Part shown: one piece after another, positions 28,813 to 37,744 of the stretch | Layout of the letters: every line of letters begins with the position of its first letter | Numbering within the stretch: position 1 is the first letter of the stretch | Source of the DNA: a virus | Taxonomy: Duplodnaviria > Caudoviricetes | IMG/VR virus record: IMGVR_UViG_3300012344_000001 | Span: 43,955-107,954 of that record | Direction: 5' to 3' (one strand) | Length of the DNA: 64,000 nucleotides | Notes under the pieces: model-generated | What the model was told of the DNA's origin: nothing | Database searches by the model: none | The model's input: the letters and a program-made list of their open reading frames with translations, nothing else | Made by a program: the position numbers and the translations under genes

Positions 28813-29879
28813 TTCTTCTTGTCCTCCTTCACGCACTTGTTTTTGCAAGACAGCCAATTCTTATAGCTGTGCAAATCGGTAAATTTTTTACCGCAGCAAA
28901 CACAATGCAGCTCTTCTGTTCCCATGTTACGAACTTTCGGTTCCGATACGCCGAACCAAGAATAATTGTAAACATCATAATAATAGGAGCCCTGTTGGTT
29001 GTTCCTTTTTGCGCCGTTGTGCATTTTCCAGTTTTCGCCACCCATGACTTCGTGAAGCATTTCGCCCCAAACGTCACGGATTGCGTCGCTGGGCGTACCG
29101 TTATAATGCCCGTAGACCACGTTGGTCAAATCGTTCTTGTCGATGGTCAGCAACTGACGGAAAATCATATCCGTCCATTCAAACGAACCGTAGTCATTTG
29201 CGAACACGGCTGTCTTGTTGTGGTCAAGATATGCCACGGTGGTGCAATCGTCGCGCATCAAAGAAAATCCGCCGACCTTATTGAAGCCGCCACGATTCTG
29301 CGTGCGGTCGTTGCGGTCATAGAGAATGGACATACAACTACCCCATTTATGCGTGTTGGTAGACAGCATAACCATATCCACGGGGTCGATACTAACGATT
29401 GCGCGACCCTTGACCATATTGTTCTGCAAAATCTTCGACAGTTCCACGTCGAAGTCATAGTCGTTCAGAATCTTCGACAGAACTTTAGACGTCTTTGCGC
29501 CCTTACGATAGACACGGGGGAACAGCCACGCCAGCGTCTTGCTGGTCGTCTTGTTGATAACGCCTTCACAGAAATCTTCCGTGCGCAGTTCGCTGATGGT
29601 CGCGGCATACGCGGGATACTTGCGGCAAAGTTCTTGAATATTCGACCGCATCGTCTCGTTGTCGGCGGGAATTTCGACTTCGCGAATTAGGCGCGTCTTG
29701 TGTCCAAACAGTTCAAACATCCACGCCTTAGCGGCAACCCACTGACGCAGATATTCGTTCACCTGCTTGCGCGAAATCGTTTTCGGGTCAATTTCAGCAG
29801 TGATTTTGACGGCTTCCATAAACGCCTTTTTGTCGACCGCCGCCAACATTTCCTTTTTAAGTTCAGCAGAAACAGTCAT
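28809..29879 (-). CDS. Unknown phage protein, paralog of 29991..31538
   Basis: KGAKTSK, SIDPVDMVMLS..WGSC, C-terminal CVCCG. Confidence 0.7.
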   Translation of the reverse strand: MTVSAELKKEMLAAVDKKAFMEAVKITAEIDPKTISRKQVNEYLRQWVAAKAWMFELFGHKTRLIREVEIPADNETMRSNIQELCRKYPAYAATISELRTEDFCEGVINKTTSKTLAWLFPRVYRKGAKTSKVLSKILNDYDFDVELSKILQNNMVKGRAIVSIDPVDMVMLSTNTHKWGSCMSILYDRNDRTQNRGGFNKVGGFSLMRDDCTTVAYLDHNKTAVFANDYGSFEWTDMIFRQLLTIDKNDLTNVVYGHYNGTPSDAIRDVWGEMLHEVMGGENWKMHNGAKRNNQQGSYYYDVYNYSWFGVSEPKVRNMGTEELHCVCCGKKFTDLHSYKNWLSCKNKCVKEDKKK

Positions 29880-29990
29880 GTCGGTGTACTCCTTTATCCT
29901 TTTTATACTTATATTATAGCGTCAAAAAGCTGTTTTGTCAATAGAAGAAAAGGGCGGGCGTTTCCACCCACCCCAATCTTCGAACGGAGG

Positions 29991-31538
29991 TTACTGACAG
30001 TTATCGAACACGGCGTTGTTTTTGATTTCGCGACCGCAACACAGGCAATACAGCTTGCCACCCGCAGTCACCTGCACCTTGGACATATCCGTGTTGGCGG
30101 GCGAAATCAGCGCCTTCTTGATTTCGGGATAGGAACGCTTCAAGGATTCCCACTCGTGGATGTCGCTATAGTGATGGTTCGTCACGTCGGCATACACGGG
30201 CTTGTTCCCGAAATACTTTTCGCCGTGAATCCGCTTCAAGTCACCATAGTTATCCCAATCGGTCACGCCGATATAAGAACCGATGGTGTTTTCCAGCAGT
30301 TCACGCGCTTTTTCAGACACGACTTCGATGTCCTTGTGCTGGGGATATTCGCGACCAAACAGGAACGTGCAGTTCATACGGTCGCCGTTGATAATCTGGC
30401 GCCAAGACTTGGAATTGCCCTCAAAGGCGTTCTTGCCGAAGTTATATTCGTCGCGTTCGCCATCCTGTCGCGCCACGATGCGGTCGTACAGATACGTCTT
30501 GCCGTTGTCGCGATACGCAATCAGCGCGTTCGGGTCCCAAATCCACTGGACAGTTCCATAGTTCATAGAACCGTACAATTTCTGACAGGTGCTCCACCCA
30601 TGCATATTCGTGCCGGAGGTCATGAAGTCGTACGGGTCGATGCTAACGCATACAAACCCCTTAATCATGCGATTCTGCATGACCTTGCTGAAGTCGATGT
30701 CAAATTCCTTGTTCTGGAAAAGCTGGCTAAAGAACTTGGAAATCTTCATGCCCTTCTTGTAGACGTCGGGCGCATAGGTCTTGTAGAAATCGCACTTCGG
30801 CATTTCGTTCTTCGTGAAGTAGTCGATGCCGTCGCGACCACCCGCTTCGACAACCTTGTCGATAGACGCGGCATACTGGGGCCACTTCTTGTACATATCA
30901 TACACCATGGGGCGCATTTCGTTCGCGTCCATCGTATATTCGATGGGCGTGCGGATGATAAGCTGATGACCAAATGCGACATAGTAGTCGTACTTCGCTT
31001 CTGCCCACTTACGAAGAAGAATGTCGATTGCTTCGTCGGTCGGCTTCTTGCCGTTACCAACAGCGACGGAACAAAGCTTGCGGAAGCGGTCGCGGTCGAC
31101 CTTATCCATCATTTCCTTGATAATATCTTCGTCCTGCACGTCGTGGTGGATGCTATAATTCTTCATTGCGGGCTTCGCGCTTTCGACTTCGGGTTCCTTG
31201 TCGCGGAAAGAAAGCACAGAAAATGGAACGGCAACGTCGAAACCAGTCTTGAAGTCGCCGGTGAAACCGTTCGCGCGAACCTGTTCCTGACGTTCGGCGG
31301 GAATTTCGTCGTTGATTGTCACGTCAACGCTTTCGCCAGAATCCATCTGCCAACGCATATAATCGTCGGCAAGAAGGCAAAGCCCCTTAGCCCAAAGAAG
31401 TTCCTTGGGATATTCCTTGTCCGCGTCGAAACGATTGATGATAAGAACATCGCCGTCATGAATGCCGCGAAGATGGGGATATTTCGAAAAATTCCAAGCA
31501 TCTTCCTTGCATTCAACCTTTTTGACAATCTCTGCCAT
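29991..31538 (-). CDS. Unknown phage protein, paralog of 28809..29879
   Basis: KGMKISK, SIDPYDFMTS..WSTC, C-terminal CLCCG. Confidence 0.7.
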   Translation of the reverse strand: MAEIVKKVECKEDAWNFSKYPHLRGIHDGDVLIINRFDADKEYPKELLWAKGLCLLADDYMRWQMDSGESVDVTINDEIPAERQEQVRANGFTGDFKTGFDVAVPFSVLSFRDKEPEVESAKPAMKNYSIHHDVQDEDIIKEMMDKVDRDRFRKLCSVAVGNGKKPTDEAIDILLRKWAEAKYDYYVAFGHQLIIRTPIEYTMDANEMRPMVYDMYKKWPQYAASIDKVVEAGGRDGIDYFTKNEMPKCDFYKTYAPDVYKKGMKISKFFSQLFQNKEFDIDFSKVMQNRMIKGFVCVSIDPYDFMTSGTNMHGWSTCQKLYGSMNYGTVQWIWDPNALIAYRDNGKTYLYDRIVARQDGERDEYNFGKNAFEGNSKSWRQIINGDRMNCTFLFGREYPQHKDIEVVSEKARELLENTIGSYIGVTDWDNYGDLKRIHGEKYFGNKPVYADVTNHHYSDIHEWESLKRSYPEIKKALISPANTDMSKVQVTAGGKLYCLCCGREIKNNAVFDNCQ

Positions 31539-31644
31539 GTTAAGACCTCCGTTATATATTTTTTGTTTGCTTGCCTATGCTATTATAATAGCACTATTTT
31601 TCGTTTTTGTCAACACTTATAGAAAAAGGCGTATTTCTACGCCT

Positions 31645-31720
31645 TGGTGACGCACAGAAGGAATTGCAACTTCTATCTCCGCCGTGAGAAGGCGGCATCC
31701 TTACTTTAGACGAGTGCGCC
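31645..31720 (-). tRNA. tRNA-Glu (CUC) with encoded CCA and an atypical T loop
   Basis: Acceptor GGCGCAC/GTGCGTC, anticodon arm CCGCC-TTCTCAC-GGCGG, T stem AGAAG/CTTCT, ACCA end. Confidence 0.8.
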
Positions 31721-31768
31721 ATGTGTAGGGAAGGGACTTTCGTCCCTTCCCGCTGGGGATTGCGATGA

Positions 31769-32161
31769 TTACTGATACATCGCGATGGTGGCACGGGCGG
31801 CGGCAGCAGCGGCTTCAGCATCCGCAAGTGCCTTCTTAGCCGCAGTCACGCGGGGGTCTTCAGCGGTGTAGATGGTGACAAGCGTGGCACAGGCAGGTCT
31901 GCCGGTATAGACCATCTTGATACCCTCCGAAATCGCATTAAGGACGGGGGTGGCATCGAAGATTGCGATGCTCTGAATGGGGTCGTGATTCTTGCCAATC
32001 GTAAGGTCGTCGTCGTTGACGCGCAGATACGTCCCCTTGGACGTGTAAACCGCACGATTGCCCTCGGAATCGGACAAAAGAACATAAGTGTTACCACGCT
32101 TGCTCTTCACGATAGCACCAGGCAGAACATCCTTCCAGCTCTTCACAACATAATCAGTCAT
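31769..32161 (-). CDS. Hypothetical protein
   Basis: 130 aa, SD AAAGGAG, own promoter. Confidence 0.7.
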   Translation of the reverse strand: MTDYVVKSWKDVLPGAIVKSKRGNTYVLLSDSEGNRAVYTSKGTYLRVNDDDLTIGKNHDPIQSIAIFDATPVLNAISEGIKMVYTGRPACATLVTIYTAEDPRVTAAKKALADAEAAAAAARATIAMYQ

Positions 32162-32309
32162 TTTTCATTTCTCCTTTAATATTAAAGATTTTTATGTTCA
32201 CAGGCGACCAACCTGTTCACACCGTTTCCTGTTATGCTATTATATTAGCACACATTTTGGTTTTTTGTCAAGGTCGTGCGGCGGTTAAACCGCACGACCT
32301 GTAATTTCC

Positions 32310-32382
32310 TCGCCCATATCGTAGTCGAAACGATGTCTCCAGATTGAAGGTCTGGCGGCTTAGACCGCTTGCCTAATGGGCG
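32310..32382 (-). tRNA. tRNA-Glu (UUC) with C at position 33, no encoded CCA
   Basis: Acceptor CGCCCAT/ATGGGCG, anticodon arm CCAGA-CCTTCAA-TCTGG, T arm ATCGT-TTCGACT-ACGAT; own promoter at about 32398-32429. Confidence 0.8.
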
Positions 32383-32431
32383 ATTTCCAACTGTGCTATT
32401 ATAATAACACACGCTTTAGATTTTGTCAAGT

Positions 32432-32686
32432 GCTTACCGCTATCCCACTTTCACGGTTTGCAACAGCTAATCCTTGCCGCCTTGAAATGACGGTTTCGCC
32501 GGTAGCCCTAACGCATAGCCAATCCACGTTGTTGTGGCGGCGTTGCAGATAGGCGATTCTACCATGTTAATAATATTCGCACGGATTTCAATGGGCGCTG
32601 AACCCTACCTTGGCGGACTGTTTTACAGCACGCTACTTGTCGGGTTGGTGGCGAGGTTATTTTAGGTGTCACCCGCCATTCCACCA
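32432..32686 (-). ncRNA. Unknown structured RNA, copy 1
   Basis: 45-nt core 32641-32685 shared with 37948-37992, with compensatory changes; 3' boundary uncertain. Confidence 0.6.
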
Positions 32687-32688
32687 TG

Positions 32689-32857
32689 CGGCTGATGTGC
32701 TACTACGCCAAATTATCCACGGCAATCATAGGCGGTCAAGAAATATCATTCTGCATGATTGCAACAGCAAATATTTCCCACGGCACAAAGACCGTCATGA
32801 CTCGCCCCGCGACAAATTCCTTAGACGATGGCTGCTTCTAAGCCTACGTTTCAACCG
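32689..32857 (-). ncRNA. 23S rRNA GTPase-associated-centre (L11-binding) mimic with about 105-nt insertion
   Basis: GTAGGCTTAGAAGCAGCCATC..TAAGGA..[insert]..GGCGTAGTAGCAC, closed by helix CGGTTGA/TCAGCCG; promoter directly upstream at about 32865-32894. Confidence 0.75.
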
Positions 32858-32890
32858 TTGTGATTATAATATCACACCGTTTTGCTTTTG

Positions 32891-33868
32891 TCAATAGTTG
32901 TCGCCGTAATCCGGCTGGAAGTTCCAAGAAGTCGACCAAACCTTTTCGCCGTTATATTCAATCTGGATGAAATCATCTTTGACGTCCAGCACAACAAACG
33001 AACGATAAGCGGGCAAATATACGCCTGAAATTGGACTATTGTAATTCGGCTTCTTGTAGATGGCGCTGGAACCGTACTTCGTGAATACTTCATCGCCCTT
33101 GATGTAGAACTTCGACCAAAAGTGCGAACCCTTATTGCCATAGTAATTCTGCGTGGGCTTTGGCTTCGCTTCACAGTACGGATAGATAATGTCATCCTTC
33201 GTGTCGGCGATAATCTTCACCACCTTGTCGATGGTGCCCTGCAATTCGGCATAGCGAACATATTCTTCGGGATGGTGTTCGTTATAATAGCCGCAGGACA
33301 GATTGACGCTTGCAAGGTCAAACACGGGCGACAGATTGCAGATATCCGTGAACGAACCCTGCGCCTCGACAAAGCCGTGTTCATCAATGAACTTCTTGAA
33401 CTGCTTGTTGTCGCACTTATAATAGACCGAATCCTGCTTGCCGCGACGGTCAATCTGAATCATGTAGCCTACACCAGCAACGCGACCCTTGATTTCCTGC
33501 GCCGCCCGCTTCGTGGATGCACCGCCGACTTCTTCGTCCGTGCTGAAAAACAGATAAGGACGCTTCCCGCTTTCTTCTGTTGCCTTCAACACCGCCAGAA
33601 CGGCATAGACGCCACAGCGGTCGTCACCGCCAATGCCCATGGGCGAACTTACCTTTTCGCCATCATCGACAATCTTGGTCGGCTGACGCTTATGCACCGT
33701 ATCAAGATGCGCACAAAGCATCGTCGGGCAGTTGCCGCTGAAAAACAGATAGTCGCCACCATTGACCGTGTTTGCCAGACCATAATATTCGCTTAACTGC
33801 TGATAAAGCCACGCAAGCAAATCTTCCTTGACGGGCAGGCAAAGTTTCTTGAAGCCTTCTTTGTTCAT
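32891..33868 (-). CDS. M20/M28-type zinc peptidase with C-terminal SH3-like domain
   Basis: AHLDTVH, GGDDRCG, DEEVG, IDRRG, SFTD, GYYNEH. Confidence 0.8.
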   Translation of the reverse strand: MNKEGFKKLCLPVKEDLLAWLYQQLSEYYGLANTVNGGDYLFFSGNCPTMLCAHLDTVHKRQPTKIVDDGEKVSSPMGIGGDDRCGVYAVLAVLKATEESGKRPYLFFSTDEEVGGASTKRAAQEIKGRVAGVGYMIQIDRRGKQDSVYYKCDNKQFKKFIDEHGFVEAQGSFTDICNLSPVFDLASVNLSCGYYNEHHPEEYVRYAELQGTIDKVVKIIADTKDDIIYPYCEAKPKPTQNYYGNKGSHFWSKFYIKGDEVFTKYGSSAIYKKPNYNSPISGVYLPAYRSFVVLDVKDDFIQIEYNGEKVWSTSWNFQPDYGDNY

Positions 33869-34047
33869 TTAATGCACCCCTTCTTGTAGCCGCCAATAAT
33901 GCCTTCGATTGACGACGCTTCAAAAATGTAGATTTTCCTTGTGATATCTTTCAGGTCGCGCTTGGTTTTCAGCAGTTTGCCGCCGTTCGCCAGCAGGTAT
34001 TCACACATTCGCGGACTGTGGACAATTTTTTCATTCTTAAAAGCCAA
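33865..34047 (-). CDS. Small hypothetical protein
   Basis: Coupled ORF; similar pattern to 17847..18011. Confidence 0.5.
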   Translation of the reverse strand: MAFKNEKIVHSPRMCEYLLANGGKLLKTKRDLKDITRKIYIFEASSIEGIIGGYKKGCIK

Positions 34048-34063
34048 TACACGTCACAACCCT

Positions 34064-34639
34064 TCACACAACGTCGCGCCAGCCAATACGGTCGGTCAAC
34101 AGCGGCGTCATCACATAGCTTCCACGTTCGCGGGCGTTGTAGCCGTCCTTGTAAGACCAATCCTTGATGCGTTCGTCGATATAGTCCTTTGCCGCGTCCA
34201 GTTCTTCCTTCTTGAACTCCGGCATCACCATGATGCGAACATCTTCAAAGGTCAGGTCGCCAACAACAATGTCTGCCGACATATTGCCGCCCAGCGTGAA
34301 ATTCATACAAACGTAATCTTCCACGCCAAGGAAGGACTTGTCGAACAGTTCGATGTCATCCTTGGAAAAATCAAGCTTCGTGCCATAACCCGTGCGACAA
34401 AGACCGCCGTATTCCGCGCCCAGCTTGCGAAGTTCTGCGTCCGCAATAATACAGTGCATTGTGTTGCAGTTCTGTTCGGGAATATAGATTTCCTTTACGC
34501 GATATGTGCTACCGTCCTTGTTGGTTTTAAGGAAAATAGCCGCCATTCGCGCCGAACTGGCAACCGCATACTTACGCAGTTCGTTATATACCGCCTGTGA
34601 CATCTTAATGTCGGGTTCTGTTCCGCGATAACTAATCAT
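34064..34639 (-). CDS. Possible degenerate JAB/MPN-fold protein
   Basis: YRVKEIYIPEQ and FSKDD resemble JAB, but the HxH ligands are absent. Confidence 0.4.
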   Translation of the reverse strand: MISYRGTEPDIKMSQAVYNELRKYAVASSARMAAIFLKTNKDGSTYRVKEIYIPEQNCNTMHCIIADAELRKLGAEYGGLCRTGYGTKLDFSKDDIELFDKSFLGVEDYVCMNFTLGGNMSADIVVGDLTFEDVRIMVMPEFKKEELDAAKDYIDERIKDWSYKDGYNARERGSYVMTPLLTDRIGWRDVV

Positions 34640-34863
34640 GCCAGCACCTCCCTGTTAATCGGAACAACGGTCATGATTTGCACGTCGTCGCGCACCACAA
34701 TCGTTCTTCGCAAGCCCTTGGCTTCAAGCCTTGCGTCTGCATCCGCCCTTGCCGCATCAACCTGTTCGCGGGTAGCGTAAAAGCTACAAGTGTCACAGTT
34801 GATGTCGCCAGAAAGAACGGAACATCCGCCCATGCCGTTGCAACCAAAGCAATCACGTTTCAT
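34636..34863 (-). CDS. Cys-rich hypothetical protein
   Basis: DCFGC..CSVL..CDTCSFYAT. Confidence 0.6.
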   Translation of the reverse strand: MKRDCFGCNGMGGCSVLSGDINCDTCSFYATREQVDAARADADARLEAKGLRRTIVVRDDVQIMTVVPINREVLA

Positions 34864-34977
34864 TTTTCGTCCTCCTATTCATGCGGTTTAACCGCTATGA
34901 TACTATAATAGCACACCGTTTAGATTTTGTCAAGCGTTTTTGTATCCGCCAAAGAATGTCTTTAACTAAAATGGTAA

Positions 34978-35104
34978 TGACATAATCCACCGCCTCTTGG
35001 TGTTTGTATTTCTACAATTTCCACATCATTGATTTTGCTTGCACTTGCGAAGTCTTACAAATCTCCGTGGACATTCAGGACGTACCCCGCCCCAAGATAT
35101 TGCT
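34978..35104 (-). ncRNA. Probable omega/reRNA scaffold and right end of tnpB-1
   Basis: Non-coding tract after tnpB ending ..GATTATGTCA; boundary inferred. Confidence 0.45.
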
Positions 35105-36217
35105 TTACGCTAACATCTGTAATCCTTCTTGCAGGATGTTTAACGCGGCATTTAAGTCGCGCACATGATGCACGCCGCAACAAGGACAATCCCATTCGCG
35201 AACAGACAAATCCTTTGTTTTCGGATTCTTCCAACCGCAGAAAGAACACAACTGACTTGATGGGAAATATCTATCAACAATATGAAGATTCTTTCCATAC
35301 CACGCACACTTATATTCTAATTGCCTGCGGATTTCATAGAATGAAACTTCCTGTGCCGCCTTTGCGCCAAAATGATTCTTTTTCATTTCAGATACCTTCA
35401 AATCTTCTATGCAGATGTCATCATATTTGCGCACAATGTCCGTCGTCAGCTTGTTGATGTAGTCTTTTCGCTGGTTGGCGACGTGTTCCATAGCCCTTGC
35501 AAGTTTAATTCGCGCCTTTTTCCAGTTTTCGCTACCGTTTGTTTTTCGCGATAGTTCTTTCTGTAGACGTGTAATCTTCTTTTGTGATTGCTTTAGGAAC
35601 TTAGGATTAGGAACAACTGTTCCATCTGAAAACGTCATTAGATTATCTGCTGAATTTAAGTCGATACCGATAGATTTTCCGGTTTTAGGTAGATGTTTTT
35701 CGGGGACATCAGTACAACAAACAGATATATAATATTTGTCTGCTGGTGTTTTAATGACCGTGACAGACAGGATTCTGCCTTCTACTTTTTTGCTGACGCA
35801 ACATTTCACCATACCTATTTTAAGCAGCTGAACACAGTCATCAAACAGGTGAACGCCAGTTCCAAGGACTCGATACGACTGCATTGTCTTTTTTGATTTG
35901 AAACGCGGATAGCCAACGCTTTGACCTTTTTTGATTCCACGAAAGAAATTAGAATAAGCACAATCTAAATCGCGCAATGATTGTTGCAAACCGACGGCGC
36001 TAACTTCGCGCAAATATGCAAATTCTTCCGTCTTTTTAAGACTTGTCAAATCTTTCATGCAGTCAAATCCGCCTATTCGTTTCTTTTCGGTTTCCCATGC
36101 AGTTTTGCGCATTTCAAGATAATGGTTATAAACTTTACGACAACAGCCGAAAGTTCTTTTCATGTGTTCTTTTTGTGCATCATTCGGATAAATGCGGAAC
36201 TTATATGATTTTTCCGT
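35105..36217 (-). CDS. tnpB: TnpB (IS200/IS605 family); RuvC triad intact, start codon apparently ACG
   Basis: (T)EKSYKFRIYP, GYPRFKSKK, GIDL, IEDL, PSSQLCSFCG, CPCCG, RDLNAA; no tnpA. Confidence 0.9.
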   Translation of the reverse strand, partial: TEKSYKFRIYPNDAQKEHMKRTFGCCRKVYNHYLEMRKTAWETEKKRIGGFDCMKDLTSLKKTEEFAYLREVSAVGLQQSLRDLDCAYSNFFRGIKKGQSVGYPRFKSKKTMQSYRVLGTGVHLFDDCVQLLKIGMVKCCVSKKVEGRILSVTVIKTPADKYYISVCCTDVPEKHLPKTGKSIGIDLNSADNLMTFSDGTVVPNPKFLKQSQKKITRLQKELSRKTNGSENWKKARIKLARAMEHVANQRKDYINKLTTDIVRKYDDICIEDLKVSEMKKNHFGAKAAQEVSFYEIRRQLEYKCAWYGKNLHIVDRYFPSSQLCSFCGWKNPKTKDLSVREWDCPCCGVHHVRDLNAALNILQEGLQMLA

Positions 36218-36223
36218 TATCTA

Positions 36224-36772
36224 TCATCCCTTCATAATTCCACCGAAAAATGTATTATCTATTATGGCATACTGGGTATAATTATAAAAATTATGATGCC
36301 TTTGAGAACGAAAATAACAAACCCAGTCTGGAATTGTGCATCCATTGTAAATAATATAGTCCACGGCCTCATATTGCATTTCATTGGGGGTCACGTTCCC
36401 CAGCTTATTGCCCAAATCAAACTGCGGGACACCGCCGCTATTCTGTTTAATTACTTCTTCAATGCTGTTAGGAAATTCGTCAGACTTCACGCGATTCATC
36501 ACAACGCTTACGACAGCGCGCTGACATTCCATAGATTCGCCACGCGCTTCCGTCCATAATAGACGCGCCAGCATTTCACGTTCGGTTGACGTTACGAAGA
36601 AATATGGCGTCGGTTCCACATAGACTTCCACATAGTCGGTGTGGTGAAACAGTTCTGTCCGCACGATAATTTCGACTGGAACTTCTTCTTCTGGTGCCAA
36701 AAGCGGCATAATTGTAGAAATAAACGTCCAGCAAACACAAATCCAAAGGAACAGCTTTTTGATGTCTTTCAT
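36224..36772 (-). CDS. Cell wall hydrolase (SleB/Hydrolase_2)
   Basis: LARLLWTEARGE, VVMNRV, FPNSIEEVIKQ; N-terminal TM. Confidence 0.8.
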   Translation of the reverse strand: MKDIKKLFLWICVCWTFISTIMPLLAPEEEVPVEIIVRTELFHHTDYVEVYVEPTPYFFVTSTEREMLARLLWTEARGESMECQRAVVSVVMNRVKSDEFPNSIEEVIKQNSGGVPQFDLGNKLGNVTPNEMQYEAVDYIIYNGCTIPDWVCYFRSQRHHNFYNYTQYAIIDNTFFGGIMKG

Positions 36773-36788
36773 ATTGTACCCCTTTTGC

Positions 36789-36998
36789 TTAGATGATTTT
36801 TGCGCGGGTTTGCACCGGTTCAAAGAAGACGGTTTCAACGTCCCATTCGTTCCCAGCATATCGCCCTTCGATGATGCGCACTTCAATATAGCCCTGTTTT
36901 AGTCTTGAAGTGCTTGTCACCATGCACTTCACATGATAATCTGTTTGGGTATACTGTTCGCTCGTATTACACCAAACAATTTGACCGACTTTGAACAC
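36789..36998 (-). CDS. SH3-like small protein, tail AKII
   Basis: FKVGQIVWC..YHVKC; paralog of 39265 and 50440. Confidence 0.7.
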   Translation of the reverse strand: MFKVGQIVWCNTSEQYTQTDYHVKCMVTSTSRLKQGYIEVRIIEGRYAGNEWDVETVFFEPVQTRAKII

Positions 36999-37001
36999 CG
37001 A

Positions 37002-37219
37002 CTACACCACCTTTGCCTTTAGATAAATCTGCCTTTCAAAACACGACACGCGAATATCGGTCAGAACATCGCTGCCGCTTTTTGCGACAAGCTTTTTGTC
37101 GACAATCGCATAGTCGCGACGGACGTCGGCATATTTTTCGTCTTTACAGCAACGACGCGATAAACGTTCGTGTCGTATACCAGCAAATCACCAATGCGCG
37201 GCTTATATCCGTTAGTCAT
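37002..37219 (-). pseudogene. Frameshifted SH3-like gene, tail AKVV
   Basis: MTNGYKPRIGDLLVYDTNVYRVVAVK, then a 1-nt shift near 37135-37145 to DEKYADV...LKAKVV*. Confidence 0.6.
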
Positions 37220-37506
37220 GCGACCACCCTTCCCAAAATTTGGTCGTGGACAATGCGACCCTTCTTTTCGCCATTCTTGCCGATGGAATACCAGCGTCCA
37301 TCAATCGCCAGAATGTCATAGATTCCCCACGCGCCAGTCTTCGTGAACACCTTGTCGCCAACATGGAACTGCGTGGTGTTCTTGACGGGTGCGACGTTGT
37401 ATCGCTGACCACCGACCTTGATTACGCCATATTCGCCAAGACGTAACTTGGCGGCGGCGAAATCGTTTGGAACAGATTCAAAAGATGCAAAAAATTTTTT
37501 ACCCAT
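37216..37506 (-). CDS. Hypothetical protein with C-terminal SH3-like region
   Basis: FHVGDKVF; ends GRVVA. Confidence 0.6.
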   Translation of the reverse strand: MGKKFFASFESVPNDFAAAKLRLGEYGVIKVGGQRYNVAPVKNTTQFHVGDKVFTKTGAWGIYDILAIDGRWYSIGKNGEKKGRIVHDQILGRVVA

Positions 37507-37744
37507 ATTTATTCTCCATCATATTCAAAGAAAAAGACTGGTTCGCCACCCATTGACACAACCCAATCAGGGTTTTCGTTCTGTATTCTGTGGCAGAATT
37601 TTTCCGCCTGCTTGCGAAACAAAAAATAGACGTGTGAAAATGTGCCATTTTCTGCCGACAATTCGATGTCCCATATTAGAATGTGTAAATCTGCAATAAA
37701 CGCTTTGATTCTTTTCATACCGACCACCACAAAAAATTAGAATC

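Noticed and set aside
29700-31622. 640-aa plus-strand ORF and many other long antisense ORFs
   Set aside because: They shadow well-supported minus-strand genes and have no motifs or SD; they are a codon-bias artefact.
32340-32356. Reading the second tRNA as a UCA opal suppressor, implying a recoded genome
   Set aside because: The perfect CCAGA/TCTGG stem places TTC at the anticodon, and long genes are intact with all three stop codons used normally.
32689-32857. A true 23S rRNA gene or host contamination
   Set aside because: Only the H43-44 motifs match, the closing helix is replaced, there is an insertion, and both flanks are phage sequence.
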